Shown here piece after piece: positions 37,473 to 46,794 of a stretch of 64,000 bases of DNA. The DNA comes from Clostridia bacterium (GTDB lineage: Bacteria > Bacillota > Clostridia > CAKSNL01 > HGM11501): contig JAZQAZ010000040.1 of NCBI GenBank assembly GCA_045545475.1, positions 9,136-73,135 on the forward strand, in the 5' to 3' direction. The position numbers were made by a program, and so were the translations under genes. How positions within the stretch are numbered: the first letter of the stretch is position 1; each line of letters begins with the position of its first letter. The notes under the pieces are model-generated. The model was given only the letters and a program-made list of their open reading frames with translations. It ran no database searches and had not been told where the DNA came from.

Positions 37473-39009
37473 CTAAAAACCAGCTATATGCTTCCACATA
37501 AACACCCGTTGGGCTTATTTTCGGAATAACAATGTTTTTCTTCGCAGCAACCTCTGTAGTTTTGAAATAAATTCCCACAAGCGGAGCACTTTCCGCCATA
37601 GCTTTACCAAACTTCTTTGCCTCAGAAAGAAGGCTTTCACCTTCAGCCGCCGCAAGTGCCGCAATTCTCATATCCATAACTCCGCCGGAATAACCAAATA
37701 CATTGGCACTTCCGCCGCTACCTATAAGAAAAGCAAAATTAGCAGCATTTCCTATGGTACATCCTCCAATAAAAGCATCATAATTACCCGATGTAAGTCT
37801 TTCCTTATAGCTTGAATATGATAAAATTTCCACATCCGCAGAAATTCCGTAATTAAGCAACCAATGGCTAAGGAAATTAGCAATACCGACACGGACAGAA
37901 TCATCTTCATTTACTATTATGCTGAATTTTAAACTTTTTCCGTCTTTTTCATAAACGCCGGCTCCGCCCATTTTCCATCCGTCTCTCGTGAGTATATCCG
38001 AAACCTCTCCTATATCCGTCTCGTCAGTCTCAAATGCGTAAAAATACGCCGCCGGATTTACAGGAGTAGAAGCAGCTGTTTCCACCTCTTCAAATTCATC
38101 CGCCAATGAAGCCTTTCTGCAGGCGGCAAAAATTGCTCTTCTTGCCGATTCCTCCGAGAAAAGATTTCCTGCCGAATTAAATCCGAGAAATTCAAATCTG
38201 TTGCTTTTACCTTTGTAAATCTTAATTCCTTTTCCCGACTTATCAGCAGTATTATCAGGATTTATGAGTATGTCGGTTTCTCCCGATAAAAAGCTGGTTT
38301 CAGCTTTTATATCCGTATTCATATACAAAACTTCAATTTCATCTATATACGGACGCCCCAAATGATATGAGCTGTTTTTTTCACACACCAGAGAAGTATA
38401 GCCAACATCCTCCTTGCGGCAGATAAACTGGCCTGTTCCGTTTGGCATATCCATTTTTCCGGGAGAACCATCCTTTATTATTGGAAACGTAAGCATTGAT
38501 GCAAAATTAGCTTCAGGATTGTAAAGTTCTATCACAATTTCTCCCGAATCTGATATTTCTGCATTTTTAATATTTCTGACACAGCCGGAAAAACTTCCTC
38601 CATTGTATCTTATATAATCAATGGTATACTTAACGTCATAATTGGTAAGTGACGATCCGTCTGCAAAGGTGATACCGCCCTTTATTTTAAGTCTGGCCGT
38701 GAGATAATCATCAGACATGGAATACTCCGACACAAGATTTTTCTTTACGTTAAAATCATCATCCAAAGTAAAAAGACCATCATAAAAAAGATACAAAAGT
38801 TCTCTGCAGCTTTCATAGTTTGTGGCAAGGGGATTAAACGTGTCGGGTTTTCTTGAAGAAACCCTTATTTTTCCTCCCTGTATCATGTTCTCCGTTGATG
38901 TTTTTTCCGTCTCCGTTACATTTTCAGTAATTTCTTCTGTAACTTCCTTGCTGCAACCCACACAAAAAAGCATGGCGATAACAGTAATCATTGTAAAAAT
39001 TTTTTTCAT
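37468..39009 (-). CDS. ABC transporter substrate-binding lipoprotein (SBP family 5)
   Basis: Lipobox VGC; PDTFNPL, FADGSSLT..DVKYT, PNGTGQF. Confidence 0.8.
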   Translation of the reverse strand: MKKIFTMITVIAMLFCVGCSKEVTEEITENVTETEKTSTENMIQGGKIRVSSRKPDTFNPLATNYESCRELLYLFYDGLFTLDDDFNVKKNLVSEYSMSDDYLTARLKIKGGITFADGSSLTNYDVKYTIDYIRYNGGSFSGCVRNIKNAEISDSGEIVIELYNPEANFASMLTFPIIKDGSPGKMDMPNGTGQFICRKEDVGYTSLVCEKNSSYHLGRPYIDEIEVLYMNTDIKAETSFLSGETDILINPDNTADKSGKGIKIYKGKSNRFEFLGFNSAGNLFSEESARRAIFAACRKASLADEFEEVETAASTPVNPAAYFYAFETDETDIGEVSDILTRDGWKMGGAGVYEKDGKSLKFSIIVNEDDSVRVGIANFLSHWLLNYGISADVEILSYSSYKERLTSGNYDAFIGGCTIGNAANFAFLIGSGGSANVFGYSGGVMDMRIAALAAAEGESLLSEAKKFGKAMAESAPLVGIYFKTTEVAAKKNIVIPKISPTGVYVEAYSWFLV

Positions 39010-39022
39010 ATCTTCATTTCCT

Positions 39023-39817
39023 TTATTCAAGCTCTATTATTGCACCCAACGATCCGAATTTCCCTTTTCCTGCTCTGCTGGAAAAATAAAGCTGATTGTT
39101 ACAAACCGTGCATTCTCCTGCCAGGGAAATATTTTCGTCCTTAAGCCCCGCTTCAATAAGGGTGCGTCTCACTGCTTCCCATAAATCGGCCCGATAATGT
39201 ATACCGTCGCCTTCTTCTTTTATAAATGACAAATCCCGGAAGCTTTCCGAAAACGCATCATATACATCTTTTTTAATTTGAAAACAGCACTTTCCGATGG
39301 ATGGACCTATTGCTGCCAGAATATCTGCCGGGTCGCTTCCGTATTCATTCACCATCGCCTTAACAGCATTCAGCACTATTTTTTTCACAGTGCTCTTCCA
39401 TCCTGAATGTATGGATGCACACACCTTTTTTTCTCTGTCATACAAAAGCACCGGCACACAATCGGCAGATGTGGAAAGAAGGGGGATTCCGCCTTTATCT
39501 GTAACGAGAGCATCACAGCCGACAGATACCTTTACAGGCTCTTTTAAAATAGCAACCTTACTGTCATGCACCTGATTTGTTCTGCTTAAGTTTTCTTCTG
39601 TAAATGAAAGAGCTGAGCATACGATGTTTACATTCTTTATAACAAATTCATCTCTGTCTCCCCTTAAAAAACCCAGATTTAAAGACGACAGATGTTCCTC
39701 TTCCGAAACCCCTCCGAGTCTCGTAGTGAAACAGTGTTTTACGCCCTCCTTTTCCAAAAGGGGACTTATAAGATATTCAAAATTTCCGCATTTTCTGTGT
39801 TCAAAACCAATTTTCAT
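39023..39817 (-). CDS. pgeF: Peptidoglycan editing factor PgeF / YfiH laccase-domain protein
   Basis: FTTRLGGVS, NQVHD, ADCVPVLL, HSGWK, GPSIGKCCF. Confidence 0.9.
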   Translation of the reverse strand: MKIGFEHRKCGNFEYLISPLLEKEGVKHCFTTRLGGVSEEEHLSSLNLGFLRGDRDEFVIKNVNIVCSALSFTEENLSRTNQVHDSKVAILKEPVKVSVGCDALVTDKGGIPLLSTSADCVPVLLYDREKKVCASIHSGWKSTVKKIVLNAVKAMVNEYGSDPADILAAIGPSIGKCCFQIKKDVYDAFSESFRDLSFIKEEGDGIHYRADLWEAVRRTLIEAGLKDENISLAGECTVCNNQLYFSSRAGKGKFGSLGAIIELE

Positions 39818-39854
39818 AGTTTCTCCTCTGGCTATCCGGCTTTCACCGGTTTTC

Positions 39855-40176
39855 GTGCAAAAGGCTGTTCGCCTTTTTTCTGCAGTTCTTTCGCAGTTAT
39901 CGCACAAAACCCTATGCTTCGCTCCGGGCTTTCGTCGTCTGCGGAACCCGCCTTTCGGCACGTTCCTCGCTTGCCTATGCTTCGCTCCGCAAAACGCCTT
40001 ATTGCGTTACTCCTGCACAAAAGGCTATTCGCCTTTTGATACTGATTTGTTTCACTCGCTAAAACCCTGTTCGGGTTTTAACACCGACTTCCGACAATTT
40101 TAATGCTCCGCAAAAAATTGTCACGTCTCCACGCTCGCAAAACTTCGCTCCGCAAAACGCCTTATTGCGTTTTGCT
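39855..40176. repeat. Structured dispersed repeat cluster E
   Basis: gacaattt-TAATGCTCCGCAAA-aaattgtc; repeated AAAAggc-tgttc-gccTTTT and TTCGCTCCGCAAAACGC modules. Confidence 0.85.
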
Positions 40177-40180
40177 ACGC

Positions 40181-40852
40181 TCAATCCACCTTATGCACTC
40201 CCTCAAGACCAATAAGGGAAGTGAAAATCTCCTCACTGCTCTTTCCCTGTCTGAGCTGCACCGTAAATAACAGCAAAACATTTTTATCATCTTCTGTTGC
40301 TGTAAAATCAATATTTTTAATTTCTGTACAGTAAATATGAATTACCGAAAGAATATTAGCCACAGTCTCCGTATTGTTGTCCGCAGCAACATGAATTACA
40401 GCAAACCCTTCACCGTTTCGCTTTGTCATTATGTATCCTAAAACTCTTAAAACGATAAGCATCATAAATGCCGCCGCAATAGCTCCGCCGTAATATCCGA
40501 TTCCGATGGCAAGACCAACGCAAGCTATGGCCCAGAGTGTTGCCGCCGTGGTAAGACCACGTACTCTGTCGCCCTCTCTCAAAATCGTTCCGGCACCGAG
40601 AAAACCAATGCCTGATATAACCTGAGCGCCGAGACGTGCCACATCCGTAGAAAGTCCTTCCGTCACCATAAACGAACTTATCATCATTGTAAGGCAGGCT
40701 CCCATACACACAAGTATGTGGGTTCGAAGTCCCGCAGGTCTGTGTTTATGTTCTCGCTCTATGCCGATAATACCGCCAAGTATTCCGGCAAGTACCATCT
40801 TAAGCAGAATAATCCCCAGTTCTTCAAGATGAGCAATAGTAAACCAATCCAT
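40181..40852 (-). CDS. MgtC/SapB-family membrane protein
   Basis: IGIERE...AGLRTH, RLGAQVISGIGFLGAG, GLTTAA. Confidence 0.92.
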   Translation of the reverse strand: MDWFTIAHLEELGIILLKMVLAGILGGIIGIEREHKHRPAGLRTHILVCMGACLTMMISSFMVTEGLSTDVARLGAQVISGIGFLGAGTILREGDRVRGLTTAATLWAIACVGLAIGIGYYGGAIAAAFMMLIVLRVLGYIMTKRNGEGFAVIHVAADNNTETVANILSVIHIYCTEIKNIDFTATEDDKNVLLLFTVQLRQGKSSEEIFTSLIGLEGVHKVD

Positions 40853-40983
40853 ACTAACCCTCCAAAATTAAATAAAAAATGCACAGAATAATACACATAT
40901 AAACTCATGCTACTTACTCTCTGCATTTTATTATACTATTATATTATGTAGAATTATACTATATTTTATCTCTGTTGTCAAGA

Positions 40984-41790
40984 TTACATTTCAATTTCCA
41001 GGCAGACAGGATAGTGGTCAGAAAGAAGAATTCCATTTTCCTTATCATTCCATAAATTAACATTGTGCGTTTTCCCGGAAGTTTCCTTATCCGCAAAAAT
41101 ATAATCTATTTTAGAGGCTTCTTTTCTTTCTATATTCTGCGGAGACGCACTGTCTCGAAAACCGTGAAATGTAATTTCTATATGTTCAGTCAAATCCTTA
41201 TATTCCCCTCCGTTATATTCCTTAAGGAAGGTTATGGTCTTTGAATCCGGCTGTGCATTGAAATCTCCCAAAATAAATGTGGGACAATCAATCTTATCTT
41301 TATACTCTTTTGCCATTCCGACAATCTGGCATATGCCTTTTATTCTTGCATCATCGCTTATATGGTCAAGATGTACGTTATATAAGCTTATAGGCTCATC
41401 CATATCCTTATGCTTTAATACTGCGTGAGGACATATTCTCGGATATTCGCTCTGAATCTCATATCTTGAAGCAGGAACATAGGGTGTCGGAGAAAGCCAG
41501 AAGCTTTCAAAAGCTAAAAGCTCCATGGAGTCCTTTCTGTATGCAACGGATAAGCCTTCACCTGTATAGTCAGATTGTCTTCCGTGACCCAGAATGATAT
41601 AATCCTGAAGATAGTTTCTTAAAAATTCTCTTATGGGATCGGATATTTCCTGAAAGCAGATAACGTGAGGAGCTTCCTTTCTTATTTTTTCAAGTATCAT
41701 ACCTGCACGGTGAATAAAAGAATTAGCACCGTCCATAGGATGTGAGTACAAAGTTCTAATATTGAAGCTTACAATCTTCAGCTTGCTCAT
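40984..41790 (-). CDS. Endonuclease/exonuclease/phosphatase family protein
   Basis: SFNIR, CFQE, HLDH, GDFNA, IDYIF, SDHYPV. Confidence 0.9.
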   Translation of the reverse strand: MSKLKIVSFNIRTLYSHPMDGANSFIHRAGMILEKIRKEAPHVICFQEISDPIREFLRNYLQDYIILGHGRQSDYTGEGLSVAYRKDSMELLAFESFWLSPTPYVPASRYEIQSEYPRICPHAVLKHKDMDEPISLYNVHLDHISDDARIKGICQIVGMAKEYKDKIDCPTFILGDFNAQPDSKTITFLKEYNGGEYKDLTEHIEITFHGFRDSASPQNIERKEASKIDYIFADKETSGKTHNVNLWNDKENGILLSDHYPVCLEIEM

Positions 41791-41802
41791 TTTAAGCCCT
41801 CC

Positions 41803-42270
41803 TCAAACAACAACATCAATTATATGTTTTTTGTTTTCTTTTGCATAACATCTGGTATAGTAACTTCCACCCTCTGTTTTTATGCAATACGATATCAAAA
41901 AATCAGAATTATCAACCATATAGCGGTTTCTTACATGCATGCATCCGTCATAGTAGTGCTCAGCAAGAGTTTCAATATCGTCCGCCATCTCAATAATACG
42001 ACGGTATCTCTCTTTGTCGCACCTGCTGTAATAGCGTTCTTGTCCTTTACACGGAACTGCAACAACCAATTTTACCGATGCATATTTTTTTGCCTCAATC
42101 ACAGTTTCTGCCGCAAGCATATCATAGCCTGCCGCACCGCCGGTTATAAATTCTGTAACGCCTCTGGCAATAAGCAAATCCACCGTCTTTTTTGTAAAAT
42201 CCCTTACTGCTGCAAAATCCTTTGCCGGAATATCACGATGCCCTGTAAATGCACAAACAAGTCCGCTCAT
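41803..42270 (-). CDS. SLOG superfamily (DUF1273/YspA-like) protein
   Basis: AFTGHR, TGGAAGYD, RNRYMVD, GGSYYT. Confidence 0.85.
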   Translation of the reverse strand: MSGLVCAFTGHRDIPAKDFAAVRDFTKKTVDLLIARGVTEFITGGAAGYDMLAAETVIEAKKYASVKLVVAVPCKGQERYYSRCDKERYRRIIEMADDIETLAEHYYDGCMHVRNRYMVDNSDFLISYCIKTEGGSYYTRCYAKENKKHIIDVVV

Positions 42271-43292
42271 CTATGGAATTTAAATTCTGTTATGGTGTCA
42301 TACACTTCGCCTTTTTTAAGCACAGGAGAAGGGAAATGACTGTATTCCATGGCATTGGGGAATACCTGCGTCTCTAAACAAAGACCGCCGTGAACTGGAT
42401 ATTTCGCTCCGTTTTTGCATACTCTTTCGGTCTGTATGCCATTACCTGTGTAAAGCTGTACAGCAGGTCTGTCTGTATAGGAGTCCATAACTATTCCTGT
42501 CTTATCTCCCGTAAGAGTTGAGAATTTGCGGAAACCAAAACCATCAAGTGCAAAGTTATGGTCATATCCGCCAAAAAGGTTAACCTGGGGATGATTTGAC
42601 GCAAAACCGTCATACATCTTAATCCCTTCTCTGAAGTCAAATGCACCACCGGAAACGTCTTCTACAACGCCATAGGGCATGCACTCTTCGGTGTTGGGAG
42701 TATAGAAGCTTGACTGAATCATTAACGTATGGCCGTCAACAGTTCCCGAATCATGACCGTTTAAATTAAAATATGTGTGATTTGTCATGTTAAGAAGAGT
42801 GTCAGCGTTGGCCTTTCCTTCATAATGAATTTTAAGGCTGTTTTCTTTTGTAAGAGTATAAGTAACCTTTACCTTTACCTTTCCAGGGAAACCTTCATCT
42901 CCGTCCTCCGATGTAAGTGTAAGAATCAGCGAAGGCTCTGCCTTATCCACAGCCTTTCCTTCCCACACTCGCTTTCCGAATCCTCTGTTTCCTCCGTGAA
43001 GATTGTTATTTCCGTTGTTTTTTGCAAGGGTATACTTTTTTCCGCCCAGAGTAAATTCGCCCTTAGCGATACGATTGGAGTTTCTTCCGATCAAAGCACC
43101 GTAGCAACCGTTGTTCTCCATATACTCTTCCAAAGTATCACGACCGAGAACAACGTCAACTCCATCATAACAAAGAGTTCTTATAATCCCGCCATAGGTT
43201 ATTATTTCCGCTGTAAGCCCTTTGCCGTTATCCATCTTAAAAAGGTAAACCTCATCGGGTCCGACTTTTCCGTAAAGTATTTTTTCAATCAT
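42267..43292 (-). CDS. galM: Aldose 1-epimerase (galactose mutarotase)
   Basis: NRIAKG, LHGG, TNHTYFNL, YDHNF, CLETQ. Confidence 0.92.
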   Translation of the reverse strand: MIEKILYGKVGPDEVYLFKMDNGKGLTAEIITYGGIIRTLCYDGVDVVLGRDTLEEYMENNGCYGALIGRNSNRIAKGEFTLGGKKYTLAKNNGNNNLHGGNRGFGKRVWEGKAVDKAEPSLILTLTSEDGDEGFPGKVKVKVTYTLTKENSLKIHYEGKANADTLLNMTNHTYFNLNGHDSGTVDGHTLMIQSSFYTPNTEECMPYGVVEDVSGGAFDFREGIKMYDGFASNHPQVNLFGGYDHNFALDGFGFRKFSTLTGDKTGIVMDSYTDRPAVQLYTGNGIQTERVCKNGAKYPVHGGLCLETQVFPNAMEYSHFPSPVLKKGEVYDTITEFKFHR

Positions 43293-43311
43293 TTTTATCT
43301 TCCTTTCCCTC

Positions 43312-43968
43312 TTAAAGTGATTTTATAAATGCTGCCAGCCTGTCCGCAATTCTCTCATGACCTCTGTCAGAGGGGTGAAGGCCGTCAGGCATATAAAGTT
43401 TCTGAATTTCAGGAATTTCGGGATTTATTCCGCTCAACTTAAATAAGTCAAGAAGCGGCAAAGAATAATATTCCGCTACCTCACGTAACGCTTCAACATA
43501 TGTTTTCAAGGGATGATTAATCTCTCTGTTGGGGCTTCCCGCACCCAATGTATCCCCAAGTCTGTGAAGAGGAGTCATAATTATAATTGTAGCAAGAGGA
43601 TATTTTTCTATAAGTCCTCGGAAAAGATAGTGGCATGCACCATAAAATGTATCCGGGGTTCTGTCCTTCATTTCTCCCAAAGGTGCATCGCCGTGTCCAT
43701 AGTCATTGGTTCCGCCAAAAACCACGATAAAATCCGCATCCGCCATCGGAACATATCTTGTACAAAAATCCATTTCAAAGCTCTCAGGCTGTCCTTCAAT
43801 ATGTATTCTCTGCTTTGCGATTCTTGTTCCGCTTAATCCGTAATTATTAACCTCAGCGCCGTATTTTCTTCCGAAAACCGTTGTATACATATAGTCGTGT
43901 CCCGAAGAGCCCACACCCTGGGTTATCGAATCTCCGAGAAAATTAAAAATCTTACCTCTGATCTCCAT
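43312..43968 (-). CDS. SGNH/GDSL hydrolase
   Basis: GDSIT, GTND, DGLHP. Confidence 0.9.
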   Translation of the reverse strand: MEIRGKIFNFLGDSITQGVGSSGHDYMYTTVFGRKYGAEVNNYGLSGTRIAKQRIHIEGQPESFEMDFCTRYVPMADADFIVVFGGTNDYGHGDAPLGEMKDRTPDTFYGACHYLFRGLIEKYPLATIIIMTPLHRLGDTLGAGSPNREINHPLKTYVEALREVAEYYSLPLLDLFKLSGINPEIPEIQKLYMPDGLHPSDRGHERIADRLAAFIKSL

Positions 43969-44096
43969 AGTGTCCCTCCATATAGATTTATACCTTAATA
44001 ATAGCACTATATTAAAAAAATTACAAGTATTTATTGCATTATCGGAAAAAATGTTTTATACTATAGAAGGAATATTTTCCGAAAGGACTGTTTTTA

Positions 44097-45206
44097 TTGG
44101 TACATAAATTTTCATCATCCGTAAACATGATTATCGAAAAGGGTGCCGTTAAGAATAATAAAGAGCTTATCGCTTCTCTTGGAAGCAAAGCACTTATTGT
44201 TACAGGAAAAACTTCTGCTGAAAAAACCGGGGCACTTTCCGATGTGACAAATGCTCTTGAAGTTACAGGCATCCACTACGAAATATATTCCGGCGTGGAA
44301 CCCAACCCCACATATAACAGTGTATTGGACGCCGCCGGAAAAGGAACAAAAGCAGGTTGTGACTTTGTAATCGGTATCGGCGGCGGAAGTCCGCTTGACG
44401 CTGCAAAAGCAATTGCCGCCGTTATGAAAAATCCCGACATATCAGAAGAAGATGCTTTTTCTGCAAAATACAAAAACGGTGCATACCCTATCGTTGCAAT
44501 CGGCACTACTGCAGGCACGGGAAGCGAGGTTACTCCCTATGCAGTAATAACCGGAAACGACGGAAGAAAAAAAAGCATGCGTTCACCCCACCTTCTTCCG
44601 AAAGTTTCCTTAGGAGACATAACATATATTTCTCAAATGAGCGAAGCTCTTATTAAAAATACGGCACTTGATGCATGCTGTCATGCCTTTGAAAGTTATT
44701 TATGCAAAGCAGCAAACGACTTTACAAAAACCTTTGCTCTGCGTGCTATAAAGCTTTTAATTCCGGAATTTGAAACCATATCAGCTTACGGCACAGAAGG
44801 TCTTGACGACGAGGATTTTGAAAATCTCTACCTTGCGTCAATTTATGCAGGCTATGCTATTTCCGTAACCGGAACCGCAATGTGCCACACCCTAAGCTAT
44901 TATTTGTCTGAAAAGAAAGGCATTCCCCACGGAAGGGCCTGTGCACTTTATCTTCCCGCATTTATCCTTCACAATATAAAATGGGCCCCAAAGGAATCGG
45001 CCGAGCTTTATGACGAAATATTGCGTACAGACGAGGAAATCAGAACTCTTGTCACGGACCTTACAGGCACTTGTGAGCTTAAGCTTACGGAAGAAGACCT
45101 TGAAATAATCCGCCCGAGGCTCGTAAATAATCCAAGCCTGGAAAAGTGCCTTGGCGAATGCCCGCCTGCTTACGCAGAGGAGATATTAAAGGCATTATTT
45201 TCATAA
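44097..45206 (+). CDS. Iron-containing alcohol dehydrogenase family protein
   Basis: VEPNPT, GGGSPLD, TTAGTGSE, DACCHAFE, PHG. Confidence 0.9.
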   Translation: MVHKFSSSVNMIIEKGAVKNNKELIASLGSKALIVTGKTSAEKTGALSDVTNALEVTGIHYEIYSGVEPNPTYNSVLDAAGKGTKAGCDFVIGIGGGSPLDAAKAIAAVMKNPDISEEDAFSAKYKNGAYPIVAIGTTAGTGSEVTPYAVITGNDGRKKSMRSPHLLPKVSLGDITYISQMSEALIKNTALDACCHAFESYLCKAANDFTKTFALRAIKLLIPEFETISAYGTEGLDDEDFENLYLASIYAGYAISVTGTAMCHTLSYYLSEKKGIPHGRACALYLPAFILHNIKWAPKESAELYDEILRTDEEIRTLVTDLTGTCELKLTEEDLEIIRPRLVNNPSLEKCLGECPPAYAEEILKALFS

Positions 45207-45255
45207 AATTAAAGCAAAATGCTTTAATATAAATCAAAAGAGAGGAAAATACACT

Positions 45256-46650
45256 ATGCAAAGAGAAAAATTCGGTTCAAGACTTGGCTTCATCCTGATT
45301 TCTGCAGGCTGTGCCATCGGACTCGGTAACGTTTACCGTTTCCCCATTTTAACAGGAGGCTACGGCGGTGGCTTCTTTGTACTCATTTATATCGCATTCC
45401 TTTTACTTCTGGGTCTTCCCATTATGACTGCAGAGCTTACTGTCGGCCGTGCCAGTCAGAGAAGCATCGCATCAAGCTTTGACGTGCTTGAAAAACCCGG
45501 TCAGAAATGGCATTGGATGAAGTATATGGGCATCGCCGGAAACTATCTTTTAATGATGTTCTACACCACCATTTCATCCTGGATGCTTATCTATTTCGGT
45601 AAGTATATTACAGGCTCTATCCTTACCGCACAGACCGTGCCTGAGCTTGGCGACGTATTCGGTGCAACCGTTACAAACACTCCCTTAATCATAATTATGA
45701 CCTTTGCTGTTATCATTTTATGCTTCGGCATTTGCTCACTCGGTCTTCAGAAGGGCGTTGAAAGAATAACCAAGGTTATGATGATACTCCTTTTCGTACT
45801 TATGATAGGCCTTGCAATTTACTCCTGTACACTTAAGGGTGGCCTTGAAGGTCTTAAGTTCTACCTTATTCCTTCCGTTGAAAATCTTCAGAAGGCAGGT
45901 GTATGGACAGTAATTTCCGCAGCTATGGGACAGGCTTTCTTCTCACTTAGTATCGGTATCGGTTCAATTGCAATCTTCGGTTCCTACATCAGTAAGGAAA
46001 AGAGACTTATGGGAGAAGCTGCCACAATCATTTCCCTTGATACATCTGTTGCTTTAATTTCCGGCCTTATAGTATTCCCCGCTTGCTTTGCTTATGCAGG
46101 TGGCGTAAACGCAGACCCCGGAACAGTTGGTGCAAGCTTCTTATTTACCACACTTTCTTCCATTTTCAATGCAATGGCTCAGCCTATCGGACAGATAGTC
46201 GGTATCCTTTTCTTCCTGTTTATGATTTTTGCTGCACTTTCAACAGTTATCGCAGTGTTCGAAAATATCATGTCCTTCTGGCTTGAGCTTACAAAGTTCA
46301 ACAGAGTACAATCTGCAATTATAAACATCGTGCTTATGTGCGTTCTTTCCCTTCCCTGCATCCTTGGCTTTACCGTATGGTCAGGCTTTGCGTGGGGTCC
46401 CGGCCTTTCCAAGGGAATCATGGACCTTGAAGACTTCATCATAAGTAATAACCTCCTTCCCTTAGGTTCACTTTGTTATGTACTTTTCTGTACTTACAAT
46501 AAGCACGGCTGGGGCTGGAGTAACTTCATGACCGAGGTTAACACAGGTCAGGGTCTCGCTTTCCCCAAGTGGCTGAGAGTATATGTAAAATATGTTCTCC
46601 CCTTAATCATCCTTATCGTATGGATTCAGGGCTGGGTTACAATGTTTTAA
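45256..46650 (+). CDS. Sodium-dependent transporter (SNF/NSS family)
   Basis: AIGLGNVYRFP, GGGFF, QAFFSLSIG; many TMs. Confidence 0.92.
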   Translation: MQREKFGSRLGFILISAGCAIGLGNVYRFPILTGGYGGGFFVLIYIAFLLLLGLPIMTAELTVGRASQRSIASSFDVLEKPGQKWHWMKYMGIAGNYLLMMFYTTISSWMLIYFGKYITGSILTAQTVPELGDVFGATVTNTPLIIIMTFAVIILCFGICSLGLQKGVERITKVMMILLFVLMIGLAIYSCTLKGGLEGLKFYLIPSVENLQKAGVWTVISAAMGQAFFSLSIGIGSIAIFGSYISKEKRLMGEAATIISLDTSVALISGLIVFPACFAYAGGVNADPGTVGASFLFTTLSSIFNAMAQPIGQIVGILFFLFMIFAALSTVIAVFENIMSFWLELTKFNRVQSAIINIVLMCVLSLPCILGFTVWSGFAWGPGLSKGIMDLEDFIISNNLLPLGSLCYVLFCTYNKHGWGWSNFMTEVNTGQGLAFPKWLRVYVKYVLPLIILIVWIQGWVTMF

Positions 46651-46723
46651 TTAAACAAAAAAGAGCATCGGAAAATTCCGATGCTCTTTTTATACTATTG
46701 TATCTTTTCTCCTATGCTTCACT

Positions 46724-46748
46724 GTAGGGAACGGATTTATCCGTTCCG
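46724..46748 (+). repeat. GTAG-type REP-like palindrome
   Basis: GTAG-GGAACGGA-ttta-TCCGTTCC between convergent genes. Confidence 0.55.
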
Positions 46749-46794
46749 CAAAAAGCATTACAAAAACGTGGCACTCAGAAGAGTACCACGTTTT

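Noticed and set aside
39818-39961. N-terminal extension of PgeF in the ORF track, and ORFs 36953..37447 and 39692..40039
   Set aside because: Translations of repeat clusters D and E; the real PgeF start is at 39817 behind an AGGAG RBS.
40984-42270. SLOG + EEP pair as a nucleotide-signalling defence system
   Set aside because: Embedded in an ordinary co-oriented metabolic run with host-like composition; no effector or mobile context.
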